Shown here in pieces: positions 30,596-40,346 of a stretch of 64,000 nt of DNA. Source of the DNA: Candidatus Wolfebacteria bacterium GW2011_GWB1_47_1 (GTDB taxonomy: Bacteria; Patescibacteriota; Minisyncoccia; UBA6257; UBA9933). Below the pieces are notes generated by a model. The model was not told the origin of the DNA, searched no databases, and saw nothing but the letters and a program-made list of their open reading frames with translations. A program made the position numbers and the translations under genes. Each line of letters begins with the position of its first letter. Position 1 is the first letter of the stretch. The stretch spans positions 80,983 to 144,982 of the forward strand of contig CP011209.1 in the NCBI GenBank assembly GCA_001029635.1, given 5' to 3'.

Positions 30596-31116
30596 AACAC
30601 ACCTCCTTTGATTGGCTGCTTGCCTAGATATGCGCACAATGCGCCCTTCTACTACTGCCAACGCGTCATCACCTCCCCCGTTTGTTGTGCTTCCTATATA
30701 GTATTGTGAATGTTCTCCCCAGATGAGCACCGGATACAAAAAATCTCGGCTTTCTATCTGGCCGAGATCGTCTTATACGCACATGGTTATAGCGAAAAAG
30801 CTATAGATTGGGGTATGGAGATAGAACACTGCCTTGGCCAAACAGAAATGGGGTTTGCAAAATGAGGCCTCCCTTGGAGACGACAAATGCCTGCGAAATC
30901 GCGAAAGGATTCACTATTCCGCACATATTCTGTTGTTTGGTGGTATACCAAGACATATAAATGTTGTGTGTTATATCGCCTACTATATAGTGTAGGCTGT
31001 ACTGAATATAACGACACAAATGGTGATTTGTTTCAAGTTTCGCCCTGCGATGTATACCGCTGCTGATTTTTGACAAATGGCATAAAATCTATACAATTAT
31101 ATATACGTTTAAATAA

Positions 31117-31196
31117 GCCCGGGTGGCGGAACTGGTAGACGCACACGACTCAAAATCGTGCGAGAAATCGTGGGAGTTCGAGTCTCCCCCTGGGCA
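31117..31196 (+). tRNA. tRNA-Leu(CAA)
   Basis: Cloverleaf with CACGA-CTCAAAA-TCGTG anticodon arm, long variable arm, GTTCGAGT T-loop; CCA not encoded. Confidence 0.95.
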
Positions 31197-31226
31197 CATA
31201 TATAAAAATACCCTTGCGGGTATTTT

Positions 31227-31688
31227 TTATTCAAACCTTACTTTCACCTTCTTCATCTTTTGCTTATTCACCTTAGGCAAGGTGATGCGCAAGACGCCGT
31301 TTTTAAATGTGGCAGTCGAATGATCCGGGTTGATCTCCTGCGGAAGGATGATCGAACGGGAAAACTTACCCCAATAGCACTCCTGATACAGATAGTCGTT
31401 ATCTTCAACCTTTTCACGCTGTTCGCGCTTACCCCGAATGGCGACGGATTCCGGTGATATTTCCAGATCCAGGTCATCAATGCCTACGCCCGCGACAGGT
31501 GCTTCAATAATGATGTCATTCCCCGCCTGATACACATCAATGGCGAGCTGCCCCTCCCCTTCCTCAAAATCATCAGATTCGTCATCGTCCGATTCTATTT
31601 CATCAACTTTGGCCAATTTCGGTTCAAATTCTTCCTGCTCGGTTGCACCCGCGAGCTTCTCGAAGAATTTCTTGGTGTCATTGTTCAT
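31227..31688 (-). CDS. Hsp20/alpha-crystallin small heat-shock protein
   Basis: IDVYQ, QECYWGKFSRSIILP, ATFKNGVLRITLPK. Confidence 0.93.
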   Translation of the reverse strand: MNNDTKKFFEKLAGATEQEEFEPKLAKVDEIESDDDESDDFEEGEGQLAIDVYQAGNDIIIEAPVAGVGIDDLDLEISPESVAIRGKREQREKVEDNDYLYQECYWGKFSRSIILPQEINPDHSTATFKNGVLRITLPKVNKQKMKKVKVRFE

Positions 31689-31728
31689 AGTGTAATGGTA
31701 TCATTTTTCGCAAAACCTGTCCAAATGA

Positions 31729-32397
31729 TCAGAGACTTGTAGACTGCTTAAGCTTTTCAAAATCATAAAACACAAAGAATGCCGCCAAGATTAATGCACC
31801 GATGGAATATAGCAGTCCGCCTTCAAATACGACAATGTAATAATTGAAGATCGTATGCAGCAGGGTCGCCATAATAAGTCCCCAGATCAAATAGATAAAG
31901 GTATGTTTTTTGATGATCCCGCGAGCCCAATAATACCCCATCACAGAAGAGCTCAATGCGTGAAGCAATGTAGCTCCCAAAAATCTAAACATCAGTGATC
32001 CAATAGTAATCGCGGCAAATCCGTTTTCGAAGGCAACTGCGATGTTTTCCACGGCAGCAAGTCCCATGGCAGCCGCCATCATATAGATCATTGCGTCGAC
32101 AGGCTCATCAAAATACTTGCTATGCCGAATGACCGCATATGCGGCAAGGAATTTAATCAACTCCTCGATCGCGGCAAATGCCGTAGCATAGCGCAACGAG
32201 TCTTGGAAGATGCCGAAGGTAATGAGGTAACTACTAGTCCATACCTGGGCAAAATACGCCCCCAAGGCAGCAAGCGCGCCGACCACAAAGACGGAAAAGA
32301 TCATCTTACGGGGCTCGGGGTGGAGGTCTTCCTGTAAAAAGAAACTGAGCCAGATGAAACTCGGAAGGAGCCCAAGAATAAGAACGAGAAAATTCAT
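31729..32397 (-). CDS. PrsW-family intramembrane protease
   Basis: IEELIK, FDEPVDAMIY, GLAAVEN, LLHA, LLHTIFN. Confidence 0.9.
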   Translation of the reverse strand: MNFLVLILGLLPSFIWLSFFLQEDLHPEPRKMIFSVFVVGALAALGAYFAQVWTSSYLITFGIFQDSLRYATAFAAIEELIKFLAAYAVIRHSKYFDEPVDAMIYMMAAAMGLAAVENIAVAFENGFAAITIGSLMFRFLGATLLHALSSSVMGYYWARGIIKKHTFIYLIWGLIMATLLHTIFNYYIVVFEGGLLYSIGALILAAFFVFYDFEKLKQSTSL

Positions 32398-32450
32398 GTA
32401 TCCAGTATAGCAAAAATGCCGCACAAAGCGCGACATTATTGCTGATCAGC

Positions 32451-33707
32451 TTAGAGCTCCATATAGCCCTTGATGATATATTCCTTCATCATAGCTTCCA
32501 TTTCCTCTTGTCCAAAATATTCAAGGAATATCTTATTCCACATTGACTCCTGGTGATGGTAGAGATATTTGACCATCTCCTTCTGCTGTACCAGTGCCAT
32601 GGCTGTGTCAACAAGGTTGAAGCTTACCAACACGTCGATCCCGGCATCACTCTTAAAGTAATCACCAACCCAGTTTAAGTTCTTCCAGAACGCAAGATCG
32701 GTAGAAAATCCATCAATCTGGCGGGCAACAACCATAAGGAGATGTTCTGCCTTTTCCCAGTGCAATGCCTCAGGGTTAATATGCGGAGCAAACAAGCGCC
32801 AGTCAAATTCATCATCCTTTGCGAGATAGCGTTGCACAACCATCCATGGCATCTTGCCTCCGTCGGCAGTAATTTGAGTATCAAGCACATCACCGCGGAG
32901 CAATGACTGCAGATTTCCCACGAATGTTTCCGGCTGGTTTGCAAACTTACGGATGATGTCCGAATAAAACGGAATTTCATTGAAGTAGTGGAGAAGCAAT
33001 GCGAGATTACGCAACGTTTCACCGGAGATCTCGAGCGGTAACGGGATCACGTAAATGATACCCATTTCCTTCAAATGACTGATGTTATGGTACTTCTTCT
33101 TCATGAAGCCCTCGGCAAGCGTTCCCCACTTCTTTGGCAACGCGATCGGAGTGATGGGGCGCTCTTCAAAATCATCCGGAGTAACCTTCTCGTATTGCTT
33201 AAAGAATACGGTATTGAGCCATTCGCCACCCTGGAGGAAGCGCAACGCACAGTAGATTTCCATCAGGTCTTCATTTTCGAGTAACTGGTCGATATTGTCA
33301 TACCCTAATGCTTCGATGACTTTCGTTGGCGGCTCAGCCTTCAAAAACTCGATTGCCTTTTCCTTCTTAAGGAAGAAGCCTGGCTTTGGATTAATAGAGG
33401 TTACGATTGTATCAAGTACACGCTGCCAATCGGCAGGTTCGGTGACCTGCGGACGACCAAACGCTTCATAGAACGATGCGTCATCTGCCTCGATCTTACT
33501 GATCAATGCATCATAAATCTCCTTAGCGGATGACTCGCGCGTCAACCCAAGAATATTGAGCCGCCCGTCGATAGAGGTCCAATTTTCCTCCATGATCTTA
33601 TCCAGCACGCCGACCTTCCCCGTCAAAGCGGAGAGTCGTTCTTCTGCAACGCGGATCGTATCTTGGTCCGTGCGCAGTATCTTTGCGATCTTTTCATATG
33701 ATTTCAT
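32451..33707 (-). CDS. Hypothetical protein (418 aa)
   Basis: Long ORF with natural composition; conserved-looking HNISHLKEMG, LHYFNE, PHINPEALHW; function not recognised. Confidence 0.8.
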   Translation of the reverse strand: MKSYEKIAKILRTDQDTIRVAEERLSALTGKVGVLDKIMEENWTSIDGRLNILGLTRESSAKEIYDALISKIEADDASFYEAFGRPQVTEPADWQRVLDTIVTSINPKPGFFLKKEKAIEFLKAEPPTKVIEALGYDNIDQLLENEDLMEIYCALRFLQGGEWLNTVFFKQYEKVTPDDFEERPITPIALPKKWGTLAEGFMKKKYHNISHLKEMGIIYVIPLPLEISGETLRNLALLLHYFNEIPFYSDIIRKFANQPETFVGNLQSLLRGDVLDTQITADGGKMPWMVVQRYLAKDDEFDWRLFAPHINPEALHWEKAEHLLMVVARQIDGFSTDLAFWKNLNWVGDYFKSDAGIDVLVSFNLVDTAMALVQQKEMVKYLYHHQESMWNKIFLEYFGQEEMEAMMKEYIIKGYMEL

Positions 33708-33804
33708 AATGGTCTCATTATACAGCACCAGAGCCGGGATAACAAAATGGCGCCCGAGGGCGCCATTTTTATCTCATATCGCTTACTTCAAAATCTCTAT
33801 TCTC

Positions 33805-35025
33805 TTATTGCGCCTCCGTGTGATCCCCGCAATGCGGGCAAAACGGTAACCCGACAAATCGATCCTTGCCACAGTGCGCACATACTGCACGCGTATGCGC
33901 ACCGCAATTCGGGCAATACATCGCAGCGAGATCGAGATTCGTCTGACACTGCGGGCATTCCTTCGCGCGGAATCGCCTAATAATCACACGTCGCGGATCA
34001 AAGATCTTCTTTTGCAGGAAGTAGACCGCGCCTCCGAAGATGGCAAACGAAAGGAACATGCCGAAGTAGAAGAGTAATGATCGAAGAATATTATACTTCC
34101 CAAACCACTCAATCAGTACACGCAAGATCTCCGCAAGGAACAATCCCCAGAACCAGAAGAGGACCGTCTTAAGTAGTAATAATCCAAGAACCGCAACGAT
34201 GGTCGTTATGATGACCGTATACGGACTGTTCTTGCGATGCAATTCGAGGTACTTGCGCAACGCAAGGAAGAAGAACGGGATAATCAAAAGAAATTGCAAC
34301 AGGAACACTTTGAACTCATACCATCGCATCGCACGCTCATGCGCCTTGAATACTGGTTTGTATGCAGTAGTAAGATCCTTGTCGATCGCATCAAACGCAG
34401 GGCGAAATGCGTCAACCTGCATCCGAAGCTGGTTCAACCGTGAGACCAATGGCGCTTCTCGCTGACGCAACTGTACAATGGATTGCTGTGATGGGGTTGT
34501 GGGAAATATCGGCTTATCGATTTCTGCCTGTTTTTCCTGCAATCCAACACCATACTCGCCCGTCGCCCGCTCAATCTGTGAGCGGATTGATTGTAAATTG
34601 TTATCAAGCTGTATATATTCGGTCACAACCGGGTCGATCTGTTGCTCGATGGTGATACGTCGCTGATACAGGGCGGCAACGCCTCCAGCCTCCTCCAACG
34701 GGCTGAGCCGGATGGCGCAGTTATTCGAATCTTCATAGGCTAATGAACGAACCAAATCTTCCTCGTAATAAGTCGGTAGCTTATTTTCATACGGTCGCTC
34801 TCCCGCTGTATTAGTCTGATATCGATACGAACAACTTGAAAGTGCCTTTGGCCGATCAGGGATATTTGAGAGGTCGTCCATTGCATAGAGCCCAAAGTAG
34901 ATGCCCGCAATAAACATCAAGATAAGCAATATAATACCGGTCTTCGGCGTTCGCCGCTCGGTTTCCTCATATCCCGGCGTTGTGCGGGATATCTCTTCTT
35001 GGTTTTTTTTAAATAGATTGAACAT
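33805..35025 (-). CDS. Membrane protein with coiled coil and C-terminal double zinc ribbon
   Basis: TM segments plus CPQC, CPNC, CAHC, CPHC. Confidence 0.82.
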   Translation of the reverse strand: MFNLFKKNQEEISRTTPGYEETERRTPKTGIILLILMFIAGIYFGLYAMDDLSNIPDRPKALSSCSYRYQTNTAGERPYENKLPTYYEEDLVRSLAYEDSNNCAIRLSPLEEAGGVAALYQRRITIEQQIDPVVTEYIQLDNNLQSIRSQIERATGEYGVGLQEKQAEIDKPIFPTTPSQQSIVQLRQREAPLVSRLNQLRMQVDAFRPAFDAIDKDLTTAYKPVFKAHERAMRWYEFKVFLLQFLLIIPFFFLALRKYLELHRKNSPYTVIITTIVAVLGLLLLKTVLFWFWGLFLAEILRVLIEWFGKYNILRSLLFYFGMFLSFAIFGGAVYFLQKKIFDPRRVIIRRFRAKECPQCQTNLDLAAMYCPNCGAHTRAVCAHCGKDRFVGLPFCPHCGDHTEAQ

Positions 35026-35120
35026 AGTTGTTTATCTGAAACTATTAGTTTAGGGTGTCATTCCCATAGAGGCGAGAATGGCACCCTCCCTTTCCGTATT
35101 TCGTATTTCTTTTTTCGCAC

Positions 35121-35981
35121 TTAGTTATGTTCCGCTTCAATCTTCCCCCACAACGTGCGCAGCTCACGGATGGCATCCTTTGCCTGTTCCTTGTTGGGCG
35201 GCATGCCGTGCCAGGCATAATTGTTTTCCATGAAGCTAACTCCTTTGCCGGGGATTGTGTGGACGATAATAGCAGTCGGACGCTCGTAGATCGCCTGGGC
35301 TTCGACGACAGCCCCGGCGATGGCACGGAAGTTGTGCCCACCCACATCGATTACGTGCCAATTAAATGCTTCGTATTTATCGCGCAATGGCTCAAGCGGC
35401 ATCACATCCTCCGTAAACCCACTGATCTGGATATTGTTTCGATCAATGATCGCAGTAATATTATTCATGCGATTCTTCCCCGCGTAGAGGATGGCCTCCC
35501 AAGTATTGCCCTCGTTATGCTCACCATCGGACATCAAGCAGTAAATACGATGTTTCTTATTGTCGAGCTTCGCCGCATGCGCCATGCCAATTGCTTGTGA
35601 CAATCCCGATCCGAGCGGCCCCGATGTCGTCTCAATACCCGGCAATGCCGTGCGATGCGGGTGTCCCTGTAGTCGGGATCCGAGCTTACGTAGCGTCTTA
35701 AGCTCCTCGACCGGGAAGTATCCGGCATGAGCAAGTGTCGCGTAGAGCACGGGACAAATATGTCCGTTCGATAATACGACGCGATCCCGATCGGCCCAAT
35801 GAGGGTTCTTCGGATCGTGGTTAAGCAAATGAAAATACAGCGTAGTAAACACATCAGCCATACCAAGCGGCCCGGCGCTATGCCCGGAGCCGGCCTCTTC
35901 GAGCATCGCAATAACGTCCTGCCGGATCACATTTGCCTTTTCTTCTAATAATTTCAACTTCCGTTCATGCAATTGGTCCAT
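35121..35981 (-). CDS. Transketolase, N-terminal (ThDP-binding) subunit
   Basis: GSGHSAG, DRVVLSNGH, LQGHP, SDGEHNEG, TIPGKG, WHG. Confidence 0.93.
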   Translation of the reverse strand: MDQLHERKLKLLEEKANVIRQDVIAMLEEAGSGHSAGPLGMADVFTTLYFHLLNHDPKNPHWADRDRVVLSNGHICPVLYATLAHAGYFPVEELKTLRKLGSRLQGHPHRTALPGIETTSGPLGSGLSQAIGMAHAAKLDNKKHRIYCLMSDGEHNEGNTWEAILYAGKNRMNNITAIIDRNNIQISGFTEDVMPLEPLRDKYEAFNWHVIDVGGHNFRAIAGAVVEAQAIYERPTAIIVHTIPGKGVSFMENNYAWHGMPPNKEQAKDAIRELRTLWGKIEAEHN

Positions 35982-36160
35982 ATAAATAAGCATACCATAT
36001 TACACAATACTTCTGCACGCATAATTCAAAGCACAAATTACCTACTTCTAATACGGCGGGATGATGTAATATGTATAATTATACCATCATCGCAAAGCAC
36101 ACTATATTATTTAATCCGCCAATTGAGTATACTATATACCATAATTCACTTACTTAAAAT

Positions 36161-36481
36161 ATGGAGATAATAAATCAAATACTCGGCAGCATAAGTGTGC
36201 TCATAAGTGTCGTACTTGCCATCGTTTTAATTCGATCGAGTAAATCACTCACCGGTTCATTTTTTAAAAAATACTACCGGCTCATGACTATCGCTGCAGT
36301 TATGTTTGCCGCAGGCTTTTTAATCGAAGTCATTAGAAAACCGGCGGCATTGGATTACGAGATTATGGAATTTTTCCACCATATTTCACTCATAACCGGA
36401 GCAGTTGTTCTTGTGTATGCTTCCATCGTAATGCCAAAAGAAGCAGTAAAAATATCGGAAGTCGTTAACACGCTACAATAA
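36161..36481 (+). CDS. Small 3-TM membrane protein
   Basis: Three hydrophobic segments; fills the gap between genes. Confidence 0.7.
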   Translation: MEIINQILGSISVLISVVLAIVLIRSSKSLTGSFFKKYYRLMTIAAVMFAAGFLIEVIRKPAALDYEIMEFFHHISLITGAVVLVYASIVMPKEAVKISEVVNTLQ

Positions 36482-36552
36482 TAAAAGTTTCAAAATGTGG
36501 CAATCACCACACGCAATTTAAAGGGGCCGGTCATTTGACCAGCCCCTTTAAA

Positions 36553-37242
36553 TTATTCCCCTTTCTTTTCTATATCAATCGGGGTCTTCATTTTCATAAA
36601 TGTCGGGAATCGAAATGGAATAGTGATGGTTGCCTTGGGCATGACCAGGTCAGGAACCATCAACAATAACATGGCACTAAAGAACGAAAATACGCTCGCA
36701 AGAATGAATACGATATCGAATCCAAATGCATTTGCGAGTCCACCTCCAACAAATGCGGCAACCCCGGAGGCAAGCCCGATCGTCGTACTATCAAGCGACC
36801 AATCAAACGCATAATGTTCCTTGTCTAGATGGCGGGAAAAAATGCCAGACCATGCCGGCGCATACAACCCGAATGATAAACCCTGCAAAAATGCGACGAT
36901 ATACAATGTTGAGATATCTGTAACAAGCAGGTATGCAAGCGCAGTAAACCCGGCAAGCAACAAGGCGAGGATGAGCGTATAGAAATCATCACGCTCTCCC
37001 TCGTGGCGATCAAGCGTGATGGCGACCGGCAATTGAACCAACGACTTGGTGATCCAATAGGTTGCCACAACACCGCCAACAGTGGCGACCGTCGCTCCAG
37101 GGATGGATTCAACAAGGAAGATTGAGAAGATCGGCCCAATCAATCCCCATCCACCCCACAGCATAAGGTCGGACATGACAAAAAACTTGATAATGCGATT
37201 GATTTTCAATCCGGTCGTATCGATGTTTATTTTGATTCTCAT
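36553..37242 (-). CDS. Half-size (about 6 TM) MFS-like membrane protein
   Basis: QLPVAITLDR, LQGLSFGLYAPAW; 229 aa. Confidence 0.75.
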   Translation of the reverse strand: MRIKINIDTTGLKINRIIKFFVMSDLMLWGGWGLIGPIFSIFLVESIPGATVATVGGVVATYWITKSLVQLPVAITLDRHEGERDDFYTLILALLLAGFTALAYLLVTDISTLYIVAFLQGLSFGLYAPAWSGIFSRHLDKEHYAFDWSLDSTTIGLASGVAAFVGGGLANAFGFDIVFILASVFSFFSAMLLLMVPDLVMPKATITIPFRFPTFMKMKTPIDIEKKGE

Positions 37243-37271
37243 ATAATATAATTTTAAAATTGAAGGGATGC

Positions 37272-38087
37272 TTATTCTAAGGGACTTTTAATGTTCTTCA
37301 ACATCGGGTTTGTCACTTTCGTATATATTTGCGTCGTCCTAATGTTAGCATGACCGAGTAATTCTTGCACATAGCGCACATCGACACCATTTTCCAATAA
37401 GTGTGTAGCAAAGCTGTGACGCAAAGAATGGAATGTCGCATCTTTTTGAATTCCCGCATTTTGTAATGCGCTTTCAAAAACCTTTTGTGCGGTCCGCTCA
37501 GTTAATTTTCCGCCACGTTCGCTCGCAAGTAAATATTCATTAAAATCACGCCCCGCTATCAATTTACTTATACCATTATTTAATATTTCCGGGAATACCG
37601 TAATGCGATCCTTATTTCCTTTTGCACCCTTGATATGGATTGTTAGCTCTGCCAAGTTTATGTCTTTGATCTTCATATTGACAACCTCACTAACTCGCAA
37701 TCCTCCGGCATAAGCCAATGAAACCATCAGGTTATGTTTTTCATTAGCAATGCCATCTAATAGCGATTGAATTTCGGAGCGGGACAGCACTACTGGCAAT
37801 TTGCTCGGTGTCTTGGCAAAACGGATATCTATTTTTCCGCGATAATTCAACACATTCCAGTAGAAGAAATTGATGGCCTGCAAAGCTTGGTTGGTTGTTT
37901 GTGAAGATTTACCGGCATCTACCTTAGACAGCAGATATGTTTTAATAAAATCCACATCGACTAAATTGAGATTCTCGCCTTTTGCGCGTAAATAGTCGGC
38001 AACACACACACGATAACTCTTGATCGTTTTAGGGCTATAATTCCGCAGCCGCAATTCGTCCTCCAGCTTTTTTAAATAGACGTCCAT
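37272..38087 (-). CDS. Tyrosine recombinase (integron-integrase-related N-terminal SAM-like domain, no IntI insertion)
   Basis: LRNYSPKTIKSY; GLRVSE, KGAKGNKDR, HSLRHSFATH, LLGH, TTQIYT give an intact R-K-H-R-H-Y set; 271 aa. Confidence 0.93.
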   Translation of the reverse strand: MDVYLKKLEDELRLRNYSPKTIKSYRVCVADYLRAKGENLNLVDVDFIKTYLLSKVDAGKSSQTTNQALQAINFFYWNVLNYRGKIDIRFAKTPSKLPVVLSRSEIQSLLDGIANEKHNLMVSLAYAGGLRVSEVVNMKIKDINLAELTIHIKGAKGNKDRITVFPEILNNGISKLIAGRDFNEYLLASERGGKLTERTAQKVFESALQNAGIQKDATFHSLRHSFATHLLENGVDVRYVQELLGHANIRTTQIYTKVTNPMLKNIKSPLE

Positions 38088-38191
38088 ATAGACATGGTAT
38101 ATAATAATGAAGGTGTGTTCAAATTATATGTGATATTCGCCTAGTCAGCAATATTGAGTAGCATATACGAAAACACTTCGCATATAAATGA

Positions 38192-38367
38192 GTTACGCAA
38201 AATGTCGTTCGGCTTCACTCCATTTTTCGTAACGTGGAGCTTTGCGAGGGTTGGGCTTCCTCTCTTCCCTATCGGGACAAGTAAACAAGCCTCGCACCAC
38301 ATCGCCTAACAACCGCTTGGCGGCGTCCGCCCAAATCCCGCTCCGCGGGACTTCGCAAAGCTCCACG
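38192..38367 (+). repeat. Repeat A, copy 1
   Basis: 176 bp identical in all three copies by eye. Confidence 0.97.
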
Positions 38368-38523
38368 TTCAACGAAATAAATTTTTTATCTTGGTGAAAA
38401 TTTAAAGTTTTGTGAGATAAATGGGGACAGAAAATTTGATTTTTTATTAATTTAAAGAGGGGGATACGGAGTTTTTCTGCTCTTTGGGGAGCAGAAAAAA
38501 TTAATTCATTTATAATCAAAAAT

Positions 38524-39135
38524 ATGCTCGAAAAACCTTACATTCCATCGCAAGCTGAAATGGAAAAAGCTGAAACAATGGCAGCTGATTATCAAAAAAC
38601 ACCCGAACAAGTCAAGGAGGATGAAGAAAAAAAAGACAAAAACAATGAGGCTCTAATTTCAGATTTAGCTGGAATAGAGATTTACGGCTCTAATTCAGTG
38701 AGTGAGCAGATAAAACAAAATTATGCTGAAATGGCAATTAAAGTCATCACTGATATAAATAAAAGCGCAGGAAAAAAATTATCATGGACTTTTAGGTTAT
38801 TTGGACCGAAATCAGATAAGGATATGAAATTCAAAATGGAGGAAACATTGAATAATATGGCAGCAGCTTTACGTCTTGAGCATGAGAAGGCAGCAAACGA
38901 GGTGGGCCTAATTCGCAAGAGAGGCGATAATACAGAAATGGATAAATTTATTGCGGAAAGAGAACTAGAAAGAAAAGGCCTCTTGAAAAGTTTAAAGGAA
39001 GGATATGCCGATTTTGTATTAAATAAAGACGAAGGAACAATTCAGATAGGTATGACATCGGATGGCTATAAACTTAAATCTGGAGAATTAATGAATTTTG
39101 ATGAAATAACAAAATACATCAGAGAGAATATGTAA
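38524..39135 (+). CDS. Cassette 1 cargo: AT-rich, charged hypothetical protein (203 aa)
   Basis: TATAAT 7 nt before ATG; K/E-rich ORF; enclosed by inverted repeats. Confidence 0.85.
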   Translation: MLEKPYIPSQAEMEKAETMAADYQKTPEQVKEDEEKKDKNNEALISDLAGIEIYGSNSVSEQIKQNYAEMAIKVITDINKSAGKKLSWTFRLFGPKSDKDMKFKMEETLNNMAAALRLEHEKAANEVGLIRKRGDNTEMDKFIAERELERKGLLKSLKEGYADFVLNKDEGTIQIGMTSDGYKLKSGELMNFDEITKYIRENM

Positions 39136-39265
39136 TGCCGATGAGGAGTTTTGAAAAATGAAATTCACCCCTAGCCCCTCTTTCATTTTTCAAAAGAAAA
39201 AATCAAATTTTCTTATACGATAAACTAATGTATAATGAATTTAATAACGAGATAAAAAATTGACA

Positions 39266-39390
39266 TCGTCGAACAACTCATATCTGGCTCAAGAAATTGA
39301 CACTTTAATGTTTCAGATGAAAGCCAATTTCTTTCGACCCAAATTTTTTCGCAATTGCATTGCGCAAAAACTTCAGATATAAGTAACGTT
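39266..39390 (+). other. attC-like site of cassette 1
   Basis: TCGTCGAAC-A-ACTCATATCTG...CAGATATAAGT-AAC-GTT with two internal hairpins. Confidence 0.7.
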
Positions 39391-39563
39391 ACGCAAAATG
39401 TCGTTCGGCTTCACTCCATTTTTCGTAACGTGGAGCTTTGCGAGGGTTGGGCTTCCTCTCTTCCCTATCGGGACAAGTAAACAAGCCTCGCACCACATCG
39501 CCTAACAACCGCTTGGCGGCGTCCGCCCAAATCCCGCTCCGCGGGACTTCGCAAAGCTCCACG
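39388..39563 (+). repeat. Repeat A, copy 2
   Basis: Identical to copy 1. Confidence 0.97.
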
Positions 39564-39602
39564 TTGGACGAAATGCCATAAGGAAATTAGGGGGATGGCA
39601 CA

Positions 39603-40173
39603 TCGTCCAACACTGTGTATCTGGTTTCATGAAAAGGGATTCAACAAATAATCTTTTACAATTCAAAATGCCATTTTTTGGGATAAAAAAATCCGCCAAT
39701 CTTTCGAGAGGCGGAGGATGTGTTGTTTGCTGATTTATTATGTTCAGCTCATATTTTTCTTGACGACCTCGAGATTGCTTTCGAGCAGCTCTTCCTTGAC
39801 GTCGTCGTCGATGTCATCCCATGCGTTGTCCAATCCTCTGCGGCCTGTCAGATCGCCGAGGATAGCAAACAGAATTTTTTTTGCCGGTTCGGTCGGCTTG
39901 GTTGTGTAGCGCTCCTGAAACTCCTCAAGTAACGTTGTCATAAAGTCCTCCTCATGATTTTGATATATTATCCAAATGTTGTTGAATAATATATTATGAT
40001 AGCACATTATTCGTTGTATGTCAAATATAGAGGAGTAAAAATTCCAAAAATGGCTCAAGTTAAGGAAATTATTTGTTGAATTCCTTTTCATTCCACCCAA
40101 ATTTTTGCTTCTTTTATCTATTTGAACTAATATTGAGGAAGCGAAGCAAAAACTTCAGATACACAGTAACGTT
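39603..40173 (+). other. Expanded attC-like site of cassette 2 enclosing a gene
   Basis: TCGTCCAAC-ACTGTGTATCTG (39612-39623)...CAGATACACAGT (40156-40167)-AAC-GTT. Confidence 0.7.
39744..39941 (-). CDS. Cassette 2 cargo: 65-aa acidic hypothetical protein
   Basis: GAGGAGG SD, TTGACA-N17-TATCAT promoter (40024-39996), terminator about 39685-39715; MTTLLEEF...ILGDLTGRRGLDNAWDDIDDDVKEE. Confidence 0.8.
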   Translation of the reverse strand: MTTLLEEFQERYTTKPTEPAKKILFAILGDLTGRRGLDNAWDDIDDDVKEELLESNLEVVKKNMS

Positions 40174-40346
40174 ACGCAAAATGTCGTTCGGCTTCACTCC
40201 ATTTTTCGTAACGTGGAGCTTTGCGAGGGTTGGGCTTCCTCTCTTCCCTATCGGGACAAGTAAACAAGCCTCGCACCACATCGCCTAACAACCGCTTGGC
40301 GGCGTCCGCCCAAATCCCGCTCCGCGGGACTTCGCAAAGCTCCACG
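40171..40346 (+). repeat. Repeat A, copy 3
   Basis: Identical, but followed by CT instead of TT (GCT in place of the GTT core). Confidence 0.97.

Larger units (their letters stand above)
38192..40346 (+). mobile_element. Integron-like cassette array A-1-A-2-A
   Basis: Units begin at GTT 38192, 38367, 39388, 39563, 40171; each start is complementary to an AAC-ending inverse core in the same unit; divergent from the recombinase. Confidence 0.8.

Noticed and set aside
30787-31076. Short minus-strand ORFs upstream of tRNA-Leu
   Set aside because: No SD, motif or coding-like composition; probably intergenic
37272-38087. Calling the recombinase intI or xerC/xerD
   Set aside because: It lacks the IntI-specific insertion and RHH patch; its context and N-terminus are not those of a housekeeping Xer
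38192-40346. CRISPR array
   Set aside because: Repeats are 176 bp and the intervening segments are 0.6-1 kb and gene-bearing; no cas genes in the window
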